This document shows, piece after piece, positions 22,837 through 33,807 of a DNA stretch of 33,807 bases. A program made the translations under genes and the position numbers. The notes below the pieces were generated by a model. That model was given only the letters and a program-made list of their open reading frames with translations, was not told where the DNA came from and did not search any database. This DNA is from Atractiella rhizophila (taxonomy: Eukaryota): assembly GCA_021432655.1 (NCBI GenBank), contig MU271663.1:1-33807 (forward strand), given 5' to 3'. Each line of letters starts with the position of its first letter. Positions within the stretch are counted from its first letter, which is position 1.

Positions 22837-25800
22837 ATGGCACCGTTCCCATACTATCACTCCGACGCCCTCCCGCCCATCCAATCCCTCCCCTCCCACC
22901 CACATTCTCTCCAGCTCCAGCCCATCGCACCGCTCCAGTCCCAGCCACCATCATCCCAACCACCACCGCCACCCCAACCTCAATCAGCCATCGACCTCAA
23001 CGGCTCACTCTCCAATGGATCCGCCGGAGTACCCCCTCGTTCGCCAGCCGTTCAGGATATCCTTCAACTTGGGAGACAGAGGAATGTGGATGCCCTGTCA
23101 AGAATGGACATGCCTGGTGGTAGTAGAGGATTCACGGTTAAGAGCCCTGGGAATTTGGGTGTTTTGGGCAGGGAGACGGAGATGACTTGGTGTCAAGTTG
23201 GTGTGTAGTCTGTTTCTTTTCTTCCTCTCCTTTTCTGCTATTCTTTGTGGTGCTTCTTTTTCCCTTTTCTATTCATCGTGTTATTCATTCTGTGCGATAT
23301 TTCTCTACTTCGTTCTATGGTAGTTTTTTTTCAGTCGCAGTTCCCTTACATTCTTTAAGTTTTTCTATATAGAGTTGACAAGGAACTACTTTTTGAGGTT
23401 TCGAGCAGGCAAAGACGATCATCCATCGCTTCTATGTAGATCGTCTCGAGTTTTGCACCGTTATCTGCCAAATCATGGGTTTCTCCAGACTGTCAGTTTT
23501 GTTTTCCGATCCGAGAGAGGGTTAGATCCTCTCGTTTTTGTCGCCCTCTTTACGTCCTGCATTAGGTGTATCGAGTGACATGAAGCTGGCGTTTTAACGG
23601 TGCGAAATTAATCGGCGGCATCAGTGACTCCAATATCTCGCATTGTACCCACGCTGACCAGCTACCGTTGATGGATAGGATCTTGCTACGACACCCTGAA
23701 GCAACCTGAGAAGGCACTGGAAGCGTACGAACAAGCCTTGATGCACAACGCTCTCTCCATCCCCGCTCTCACCGCCATAGCGTCGATAGCGCGAGCGAGG
23801 GAGGAATATACCAAGGCTACCGAGTTCTTCGCCCGTGTACTCGCCTTGCAAGATGATAGTGGGGATGTCTGGGGTGCACTTGGCCATTGTTATCTCATGA
23901 TGGACGACCTCACGAAGGCTTATGGAAGTTATCAACAAGCGCTTTTTCATATGAAGAATCCGAGGGTGCGTGCAACCACTTTTATGACTTATTGCAGAAA
24001 TCGGAGTTGTTGATGCATGCGTTGGATGATGTAGGAACCAAAGCTTTGGTATGGCATCGGAATCCTCTATGATCGATATGGGTCGTTGGATCATGCAGAG
24101 GAGGCATTCTCGAGCGTGATCAAGATGGATCCGGGTATGTTCATTCTCCTTAATCCTCATCTAGTCATCTAGGAGCTCATGTCCGATGGGATGATGACAC
24201 AGGCTTCGATAAAGCGAACGAGATCTATTTCAGATTAGGGATTATATACAAGCAGCAGAAGAAGACGAACGAGTCCTTGGAATGCTTTCGCTGGATCTTG
24301 AATTCCCCTCCTAAACCCTTAACTCAGACAGACATCTGGTTTCAGATTGGACAACTGTATGAACATCAGGATAAGGTATATCTGTCCCCCCACATAATTG
24401 CTCTCATGCCAATCCTCAAGTCGAACCTTGCTTATTGTTGGTGTGGTGGGCAGCTTGCTGAAGCTAGAGACGCCTATAATAAGGTGCTCGCTCAGAATTC
24501 GAACCATGCAAAAGTCCTTCAACGCCTCGGAAGCTTGTATGCGAGGGAAACAGCACCGTTCTTCGACGCTGAGAGGTCGATCGAGATCCTGTCAAACAGC
24601 ATTAACAATGGTTCGTAGACATTTCCCTTTCCCTTTTTGGTATCGTGGAGGATGGACGGATTGGCTGATGGTGATGGATCGTAGATTCGAATGATCCTTT
24701 CACCTGGTATCTTCTCGGAAGGGCCTTTATGGCTGCTCACAATTACAATAAGGCCTATGAAGCATATCAACAGGCTGTCTATCGAGAAGGAAAGAACCCA
24801 GCCTATTGGTGTTCGATCGGCGTGCTCTATTACAACATCAATCAATACCATGACGCCTTGGACGCCTATTCTCGAGCGATTAGGATATACCCTTACATGT
24901 CTGAGGTCTGGTTCAACCTGGGGACGCTCTATGAAGCCTGTAACGAGCAAATGGGAGACGCAATCGACGCTTACGAGAGAGCGAGCAAGTTGGAGCCGGA
25001 GTTGAACAAGGAGGAGATTGAGAGGAGGTTGATGAAGATCAAGAAGAACGTCGAGGAGGGAAGGACGAGTCCCAACTCGAGCTCGATCAACCCTCCAAGT
25101 CCGAGGGATATAAAGCCAAAGAGTCCGAGTTGGAAGATCGCGTCGATGGGGAACCAGGTCCTCAATGGGTCTACGTCCACCTCAACCGTGTCCGCCCTCT
25201 CATCTCCACCACCGCCAAACTTTCATCCGCAGATCCCACCTATGTCTTCCCTCCCCCAGAGATTTAACCCACCTCAAATAACAAACGGTCCTCCCCCTTC
25301 TGCACTCCCTCCAACTCAACCCCAACCCCATTCGCTGCCCAGCCCAAGGAGTCAGCGAGAGGGATCTCTCCCTGCTTTCAGGATGCCCCCTCCGATCAAT
25401 GAAAGGAGAGGATCGATCCCATCCCTTTATGGAGGGGGTCCACTCCCTTCGATGGCTGATGGAAGACCCGCTTCCCCAGCGAGACCAACGACCGCTGGTC
25501 GCGGTGGGGGGATGGAGAATGGATTCAAGCGCGAGAACGGGTCGCCTCGGTTGCACTCTCACTCTCACTCCCATTCCCATTCCCATGTGGCCGCATCGAA
25601 TCAGGCGCCGCCGACGAATGGAAGCCCTCCACACCTTGTCCACCCCGGGTCGCATTCTTTCGAGGCCCATAGGATCAGGAGGTTCGACGGTCCTCCTCCG
25701 CCTCCTCCTCAGCATTCTCATCACCAGTCGTCTGGTCCCCACGGTCCGTATCCAGTGTCTCCTATCGAGCATCGACATGCACCGGAGGAGTGGGACAGAC

Positions 25801-27113
25801 GACCGCCTCGCCCTAGTCCTGGTCTGTCTGCCAGGGAATCAGATCAGTTCAACTTCCAACCGCCGCCCCTGCCTGCCCATAGGGAGATGATGTATTCTTC
25901 GACGAGAGCTCCACCCAGTCAACATTATCCAAGATATGAGAATGGGGATAGTCACTTTCCTCAGCCTCCTCCTCACGCACCCCACGAAGACGAGAGACGG
26001 ATTGTACATTTGCCTCCACCTCCGCCTCCTATAGGTGTCACGATGAACCGAGCCAGCGTGCGCGATTTCTCTCCGGTCCCGCCCACCGCAGAGCACGTTT
26101 CGGTCCTCAACGTCGCTGCCACCGCGACTGGAGGAACAGGCGGAGGAAGGAAGAGGGGAAAGAAGAAAGAAGAGGAGGATGGGTCGTCAGCGAGCACCTC
26201 GAATGGGGGAGGGAGGAAGAAGAAGGAGCCTAGTTCGGCGAGGAAGGAGCGTCCGAAACCTACGCCGGCAAAACAGAGGAAGAAGAAGGGTTCGCCGAAA
26301 GCGTTGACTCCAGTTCCACAGCCTGCTACTGCCCACCCTTCTGCCCCGACTTCAAAGGAGCGGCAGGAGAAAGAGGAGTCGGTCTCGCCCCTTCCTGCCG
26401 AGGTACAACCGTTGATGCCGATGGATGTTCAATTGCCAAGCAGGCAGGTGGATGAGGAGTACGATGAGGAAGATGACCCGGTAGGAGGGCCAGTCGGGTC
26501 CCCTTCCCATTCTCACCTCCCACCTTCCATCCCTCCCACGACGACGACCGCCGCTTCTGTTTCCGCTTCCGCGGAGGAGGTCGATGGTGGGAAGGATCAG
26601 CAGATGGAAGACGAGGAGATCGATGAGCTGAGCGAGAGCCCGGCAATTCAACTTCCTCCTCCACCTCCTTCCGACCCTCACGCAGGGCAAGGCGATAGGA
26701 GCGTGACACCTCGCTCGGCATCGCCTCCTGTGCAACGTTCCAAGAGGGACCGCAGCGAAAGTGAGAGACGGGAAGAGGAGAGCCCGAGTAGGAAGAGAAC
26801 CAAAGTGGATGGTGCGAATGGAGACAGAGTCGACCCGCCGACCCTTAGCCCTCCCCTCCACCCGAGAATCAAAAGCCCAATCATCCCTCCTTCATCAAAC
26901 GTTCCGGATATCCAGCCACAACCATGTGACGCCGCCCCTCCTCGCCCGTCTACACCCCCACGCGTCCCTTCGAAAGAGGATAAGAAGGAGAACGAGGAAC
27001 AGGACCATAATAGCTCCCACGTCGAGCCTAGGGTCGACACGAACGTTTCCTCGCCCCCTCCACCTCCACTTCCGGCAGCTCAGGAACCTCAAGCGATGGA
27101 CATGGCCTCCTAA
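22837..27113 (+). CDS. SSN6: General transcriptional corepressor Ssn6/Cyc8 (TPR repeats plus long Pro-rich disordered C-terminus)
   Basis: Ssn6 TPR signatures: GDVWGALGHCYLMMDDLTKAYGSYQQAL, EPKLWYGIGILYDRYGSLDHAEEAF, ANEIYFRLGIIYKQQ, DIWFQIG, WYLLGRAFMAAHNYNKAYEAYQQAVYR and WCSIGVLYYNINQYHDALDAYSRAIR. The first intron is 23201-23678. Confidence 0.95.
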
Positions 27114-28765
27114 CGATCCCCTATCAATTCTCTCCTTGTCTCCTCTTGCTCAAATATTTTGCATCATGCTCATGTCGGCTTTTCTGATTCCTGATGCTCT
27201 CTCTTCTCTTCGGATTGTTGTCTGTCTATAAGTTCAAGCTCGATTGCTCAGTTTGGTATCTATCTATTATACCCTCAACGTGCGGGATGTTTACCAACGA
27301 CCGCGTTGGCCATTAGTTATATTTTTGGAGTGAACGGAGAAGGAGATGATCCAAGGAGGAAACGGAAAGAAAGACTTTATTCATACTATGTTTGCTGTTT
27401 GCAGTCAGTGCTTCGAAAGATGTTCTTGTATGGATTCTCACAATGCGTTCGTAAATGCAATAGATGCCATCGATGCCATCCTTTAGAATTTTTCAAGTTA
27501 TCAGTGTGCTAAAAGAACAGAGAGCGGTGTAGTGTGATGATCCAACCAAGACCACCCAAAGCTGATTCACTGTAAACAACACTACGAACTCCTCCACTCA
27601 TGCTCATGTTCCCAGTCACAGAAATGTCGAAAGCGGGCATTCCCGCCCAATCTTCTCCGTTACATAAGCTGTTCTTCTCAAGGCATGCCCTGCTCCACCG
27701 CCGTTTCCTTCACCTTTTCTGAGTCACCGAAGGGCTGAAGTGCAATAAAGGGAGAGGAAGCGAAAGCACGTGATCGTTAGTATTGTGTGTCTAGAATCCC
27801 GCTCGGAACGGCAAAGTCCTCGCATTTTCATTTTCGAATGACAGGCCAAGCCAACAATAGTCCCCAACCTCCCCACAAGCATTTTGATAATAGTCCTTGT
27901 ATTGGGCCACAACGCTAGAAAGGCTGGGAGACAGGCTAAGGCGAGATTATATTGTTGTCAGTATCTCCATCTTGTCCAACTCCGCGCGACGAATCTTCGC
28001 CTCCACGATTTCATCAGTGGCTCAACGAAAGTTCTCCTAAGGGACAAGCTAGCAGAAGGTGAAGGGATTCTGAGGGTTCCAACGTTCTCAACGCCACAAA
28101 GCAGCTGCACCGACGCGCTGTCACGATTTCTGGATCGAGGAAATACGGGCCGGAAAACTCTTTGAACTGAAGGTACAATATTGGAACGATATTCGATCTG
28201 ACCTAACACGACAGGGAACACGAGGAGCCCTGGACAAGACATTTTTGTGAATTGGAATCGCTGTTGGATTGCTCGAATCCGCGAACTCTCTTCACCCAAC
28301 CGCAGCGTTATCAGCAGCTCCGAGTGTTGTCAGAGAAACTTTGAACTTGAAGCTTTGAGCTCGAAATGTCCGTCTGTCATTCCCTTTTGTTCCCTTCTGC
28401 TCCGTTTCCTGCTCCTTTCCTCTTTGTTTGTCCTCTTCATATCTTTGTTTGCTTTTCTTCGGCCGTCGCTGACCTGAGTTCCCATCGGAAGGGCGATCCC
28501 AACCATCAACCCGTCTCTGCCTCTCCCACGCCCAAAAGCCACGGGAACATACGGCCCCCGTCCTCCACCTCAATCTCCAGGTCTGCCGCTCAATCCAGTT
28601 TTTGCAGCCAACAACAATCCACCCCCGCTCACCTCATCTCCCTCTCCCGCGCTATCGGCCACAGCCCCACTTCCACAGCCAACATCGTCGCCATCTCCCG
28701 CTCCTCCGTCTCCCTCTCCGTCCCCACTCCCATCGCCCCAACCGCAACACTTCAACCAAGTCAAC

Positions 28766-31700
28766 ATGGCATCCACGCTCGAGTACCAGTCCCACCTCCC
28801 GCCGCCAGCCAACGCTCCCCTCTATCCAAGTGGAGTATCGCTCGCCTCAAACTACTTGGGATTCTCCGGCGGGCAGAGGGGAAGCGGTCAGAGTAGTTAC
28901 TCCCCTTCCTTCCGTCCAGATCCCCCAAGTTCACCAACCCTGAACGGTGCAGCTCAATCACATTACTTCGGTCCAACGGACCCTTCTTTCCCTCCAGCTC
29001 CAGCGTCACCCCATCATCCTGCCCAGGGATTGGAAGTCCATCTCGGAGATCTCACCCTCGGTTCTCCCTTCAAGCCGTCCTTCACCCAGAATGAGACTGG
29101 TTCCGTCAGCATGGGTCCTGGCGCTGGTGGCACCGGTGGCACTGGTCCTGGAGGAGGAGCGTGGACGATTTATCCCTCGGAGCTCTCCCTCTCTTCCTCC
29201 TCTTCCGCACCCTCCTCCGATGATGCCGAACAAACCATCCGTGCGGAATGGAGGAACGCTCATCTTGCAGGCGAACGCATGATCGTCTCCGTTCGGAGGT
29301 TCAAAACGACGATGCAGACAGTGAGGGAGTTGAAGGAGTATGTGAAGCGCACCAAGGTCCTTTTAGAGGATGGATCCCCTTATCTCCTCCCATTCCTCGG
29401 TGCCTGTCCTGAGGACGATCCGAATCTAGGAGCTGGATTGGGATTGTATGTTGTCTCTCCATGGATCGATGGTGGAAACATCCTCGCTTGGTTGGAGAGA
29501 GAAGGAAATTCTCGACGTCGACAATTCGTGCGTCCTTCCTCCTTTCCCTCTTTCTTCTTCTGGCATTCTCAGTTTGGCTGATATTGTGATGGCGTCGGGG
29601 ATGTGGAATAGTTGGAAGAAGCTGCTTACGGCATTAAACACCTGCACACGAAGAACCTGGTCCACGGACGGATCAAGCCTTCAAACCTACTCATCACCCC
29701 TTCACTCCATTGCCAAGTCGCAGACTACGAGTTCTACCGATTTCCTCCCTTCTCCGATTCCTCCAACCATGCCAACAATTCTAATCAGTATCTCGCACCA
29801 GAGACATGGAAAGGTGTAAGTTTCATCCACCATTCTTCATTTCCTGGCCTTCCTTTTGCTCCTCTGATTTCTCTGCACCATCTTATAGAGGATCACGGCT
29901 CCTGGGGACGTCTTTGCCTTCGCTATGACAGTATATGCCACCTTGATAGGAGGTCATCCTTGGGGCTTCCTTGGGGAGACTCAAGTTTACAATCTCGTGG
30001 TGAAGGAGGGGGAGCGGCCAGATAAGTCAGTCTTTGCCCTCGTCGTGAACTATGTTTCTGTTTCTGATGCATATGATGTGGATAGGCCCGATGGTGTAGA
30101 AGAGGCAGCTTATTGGACGTTGATAGAAGGGATGTGGAAGGCGACGCCGGCGGAGCGGACGAAGATGAACGCCGTGGTGTCCTGGCTCCAAAACCCCTCC
30201 TCTTCGCCCACGACTGCGGCATCGCCATCTATATCCACAGCTATTCCGCTCTCTCCTGCCCTTCCGAACGACCAACCCCTGTCGCCGGTCGTAGCATCCG
30301 GAGGACGCATTCGCCAATCTGCAGATGCGGCTTACGGCGTCCCCCCTGCATATTACGAGGATCATGCGGACCTGGGAGGTTTCGGAGACATGAGGGAAGA
30401 GGAGGAGGTGCAACAACGTTCCGTCGCCCCGCTTCGAATTGACGCGCGCATGTCGAGGAGCCTCCCCCAACCTCCGAGTGCTGGGACAATAGGTTCGAAT
30501 ACGACTCCCGTCCAGACGACACCGACCAGTGGGTATCCGAGGGAGATGTCCTCTCTCTCCCTTTCTCCTTCCACTTATATCCCCGGAATCTCCCCCAGCC
30601 CCAATCGTGATTATGAAGACAGACGATATTCAAGTCCTCCCCTGCCTAGTTCCAGCGTCAGCACTAGGACTGCGGTGACGGGACTGGACACACCTCCACA
30701 TACCAGCACGGGCACAGAGTTTGGCGGACTGCCCTATTCTGCAGGTCCAAGTTTCACAGGATTTCCAGAACCGACTTCCTCGCCCCCATCGCGTCCTACG
30801 AGCTCGATACGGGGCAGAGACGGAGGAGCAGGAGGGAGGAGAATCTTGCCTAGCATTGCGGAGAGCTATGCGTATTCCGGAACGGGAGGCTTCCCAGGTA
30901 ACGATTCATCGCTGGGCAGCAGCAGCGGGGGAAGCTTCAGATCCCCAAGTCCGACTTCGACTGCCAATTTCCATCAGAGGAGCTCGAGTATGACCGTCGC
31001 TCATGCAGCTCCTGCTGCGGTTACACCTTTGGGAAGGAGCTTCACTGCTGTCCCTGTACAGCATTTGGGGTCTGGTGGTGGAGCTGGTGGTGGTTATGGC
31101 ATGGGAGCGGGAATACATGAGCGTGTGGATACTTTGAGAAGGGATAGTGATTGGGGAGACGATCGAAAAAAGCGTTTCGTCTGGTGGTAAGCCTCCTTTC
31201 AAATTAGCCGTAAAAGAAGAGATTTTGATGGGTGGAAAGGTACACCGAGTGCCGTCATCGTCGTTGGAGCCCTTCAGGCTGAGATCCAAGACGGCAGGAA
31301 ACACGATGTCATCGATTCCCACCTTTTCACCGTTCAAGAGCTTATTAACACCTCCGATAAAAATACCCAAAGAATGGTCACAGCTGGTATCATTCCACTG
31401 CTCATCACTTTACTCAATATCGTGAGCCCATCTTCTCGCCCTCGATTCAACATGATGGCTGATGGAATGAGCAGAGAGCTGTGGACGGCTTTGGACTTGA
31501 AATCGTCTTGCGAACCCTGGGCCTCCTTTCGTGAGCCTCCTCTTCCTACCCACAGTTGAATTGAAACTGATATGCCCAATCTTTGCAGGAACGACCGCCT
31601 TACAGCGAACAGCATCTACCGTGGCAAGACCCCTTCAGTTCTCCTAGAGGTCGCCAAGCTATCGGCGAACGAAATCTCAAAAACGCTTTCGATTTGGTGT

Positions 31701-32838
31701 CTGTCTCGAATGTGTAGATCTCAAGAGACAGCTCAAGGCCTCATGTCGATGGGGATCGTCACCATCCTCGCGAATAAAGGTCTAGGAGGTTTCAGCTCCA
31801 CTTCTCAAGCTGCCTGCTGGTGTCTCGGAAATCTCATCTTCAACGACGCCATCGCGGACTCGCTCGTCGCGGCCAGGGTCCTCCCTCCGCTCGTCGACAA
31901 TCTCAGGAGGAACCTCACTGCGGATCCACCTCAAGCGGATGGCGTTTGCGCGGGCTTATATGCTATTGCGAGAGTCAGCAGGAGCATCAAGATTGCAAAG
32001 GCTTTTGCATAAGCTCGGGGCCGCCGACAGTATTGTCCATTGTCTCAATACAAGCGACAGCCCGGAGGTATTGGGATGGGCCGCGAGAGCGGTTGGTTGT
32101 TTAATGAGGTGCGCTCCTTGCTCGTATTATTCTGCACCGTCTGAGACAACGCGAATAGACCGAATTCTGCCGATATGGCGAAAGCTCTTTTGGAGGCTGG
32201 AGCGGCTAAAGGTCTCGCGAGGTATCATTTACTGTTCCCTTTGAGATATTTTGGTGACATTTTCATGGTAGATTACCGAGGGTTCTTCCAACCGAAGAAG
32301 TTGCTCCCCTAGAATCGTTCGCCTTCACTATTCAAAGGTTTTGCGCTGCAGAATGGGGTGATGGCACTCGAAAAGCTCTTGTCAATGCTGGAGTAGTCGA
32401 TTCTCTCCTTGCAGCGCTCAGAACAGCAGCCGATGTGCCAGCTCCGAATGTACACAAAGAGTGCGTCACATTTCTTGCCTGGTGATTCCACTTAAACTTT
32501 TTGCAGATTGGCACATGCTATTTCATTTCTGGGGGACGTTGGTGGAGGAGAATTGAGGAAAGAGATTCAACGAGCTGGCGGTGTAGACATATTGAAAAAG
32601 GTTGGTGCGAGTGGCAACAAAGACGTAGCCAAAGCTTGTAGCATTGCGGTCACAACTATGACAGGGAACATCTTTACACGAAACACGGGTTTGTCCTGTT
32701 CTCCTCTCTTACCTTATCCACGCTTACTATCCTCGTGTGACAGCATCAGCGAAAACAGCTATGGCTCATAACTGGAATGGTGGTTGCGATATATACTTCT
32801 CTCCTTGCCCTATTGTTTTTGTTCCTCAAGATTCCTGA
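28766..32838 (+). CDS. Pseudokinase (TKL-like fold) plus disordered linker plus armadillo repeats, with apparent frameshift(s)
   Basis: Kinase subdomains FLGAC, YVVSPW, HGRIKPSNLLI, VADYEF, YLAPE and DVFAFAM. ARM-like helical repeats from 31240 (MVTAGIIPLLITLL, ACWCLGNL, LVNAGVVDSLL, IQRAGGVDILKKV) to ...HNWNGGC...QDS with TGA at 32836-32838. The frame breaks at 32003-32006 and is ambiguous at 31166-31250. Confidence 0.75.
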
Positions 32839-33081
32839 AGTTCTCAATATATGTGTGCTCAGACTTCACCATTAATACCCTCATTTCTGTTCTCATCTTA
32901 TGTTTTCGGTTCTTGACTACGTGAAGTTTCGTGTTCAGCTTGTGTGGGATCAACGGATCAACTGTTTTCAGGCTTTGAAGTTTCACAAAGTTTAGGACGG
33001 GCGGTGTACTAATTCGAGTCTTTGTAAATCATGAGTTGTATGAAATACAGGATAAAGGTATGCAAATGAAGGAGTTTCACC

Positions 33082-33807
33082 TCAATGTTCGCCTGCCCAT
33101 GCCATCAGACTCGCGAACAGCGTCTAAGCGAGAGAACGTACACATGTTGAAATCTAACTGGAAAAACCTTTCGTCGCTCTCCTTTACGAACACTGACCTT
33201 CAAAACAAAAGACCATGTTAGTATAAGTCTTGTATAGACAGAAAAGCAGATACGCACCGTTCATCCATCAGTTTCAATCGATCCTCCTTCGTCTCTTCCA
33301 ATGTGAAGAGGCCATCAATATTCTCCCCCACCTTCGCAAGGAGTTCATTCGGCAGTTGTCTAAGGATGGAGTCAAGCGGTAATCCTTCCAACTCGCGAGT
33401 GTACCACTCTTTTTGCTGTGGTGGTACCTGGCTTGTGTCCAACACTTCCTCATCCCCGGTTAAATTGGGATCCGAGAGAAAGAACACCACGATCTTCCGA
33501 TGTCCTGGCTTGCTACGGTCGAGCAGAGAAAAGGACGACACACAATGCTGGTACACATTAGGGAAGGCAATGCAACGGCCAGCTTTTGTGTGTACCGAGC
33601 CAATTGGTTGATTCAAGGGGGAGTGCCTTTCCATTGTCTTCGTCAAAATTCATTTTTGGTGAGAGCAATATCGAAGAACACACTCAGTGAAGCCCCAGTT
33701 ATGGATGCATGCTTTCTCGTCAGACTGTTCATGGTGCGGCTACCGATAGATGCTCAATGTCATTAGGAAGGAACGTGAGGAGACGAATTACATACCCTAT
33801 CAGTGCG
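33082..33807 (-). CDS. DUF4246 family protein, 3' part (gene runs off the window)
   Basis: GSVHTKAGRCIAFPNVYQHCVSSFSLLDRSKPGHRKIVVFFLSDP and TSQVPPQQKEW motifs. The spliced C-terminus is FNMCEH with TGA at 33082-33084. Confidence 0.85.

Noticed and set aside
25200..27231. Many long antisense or alternate-frame ORFs and the (His-Ser)n repeat inside the last SSN6 exon
   Set aside because: Shadow ORFs and low-complexity sequence expected in a GC-rich Pro/Ser-coding exon.
28366..28896. Out-of-frame upstream ORF overlapping the pseudokinase start
   Set aside because: Its ATG precedes the CT-rich promoter-like tract and is probably outside the transcript; C-rich DNA is naturally stop-poor.
1..33807. 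CRISPR arrays, rRNA, tRNA and prokaryotic operon features
   Set aside because: None seen; the window is spliceosomal-intron-containing fungal DNA.

Overview
Intron-rich, gene-dense eukaryotic DNA from a basidiomycete fungus, inferred from 50-80 nt GT-AG introns with degenerate branch points and from the gene families. Pucciniomycotina is plausible but unproven. Recognisable genes, in order: a Ser/Pro-rich hypothetical protein (-), ATG16 (+), an HSL-family alpha/beta hydrolase (-), a branched-chain aminotransferase (-), an orphan 7-TM membrane protein (-), a divergent RAD51-family recombinase (+), SDH5/SDHAF2 (-) head-to-head with UTP23 (+), the SSN6/CYC8 TPR corepressor (+), a pseudokinase plus armadillo-repeat gene with reading-frame breaks (+), and the 3' part of a DUF4246 gene (-). 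A ~3 kb block at ~4.9-8.0 kb, spanning a 65-N gap, holds protein-like frames riddled with stop codons that each need only one C>T or G>A change, consistent with RIP-like hypermutation. The most notable items are that block, the Rad51 with Dmc1-like segments, the GPCR-like 7-TM orphan and the frame-interrupted pseudokinase-ARM gene. All gene models and family calls were made by eye, with no database search.
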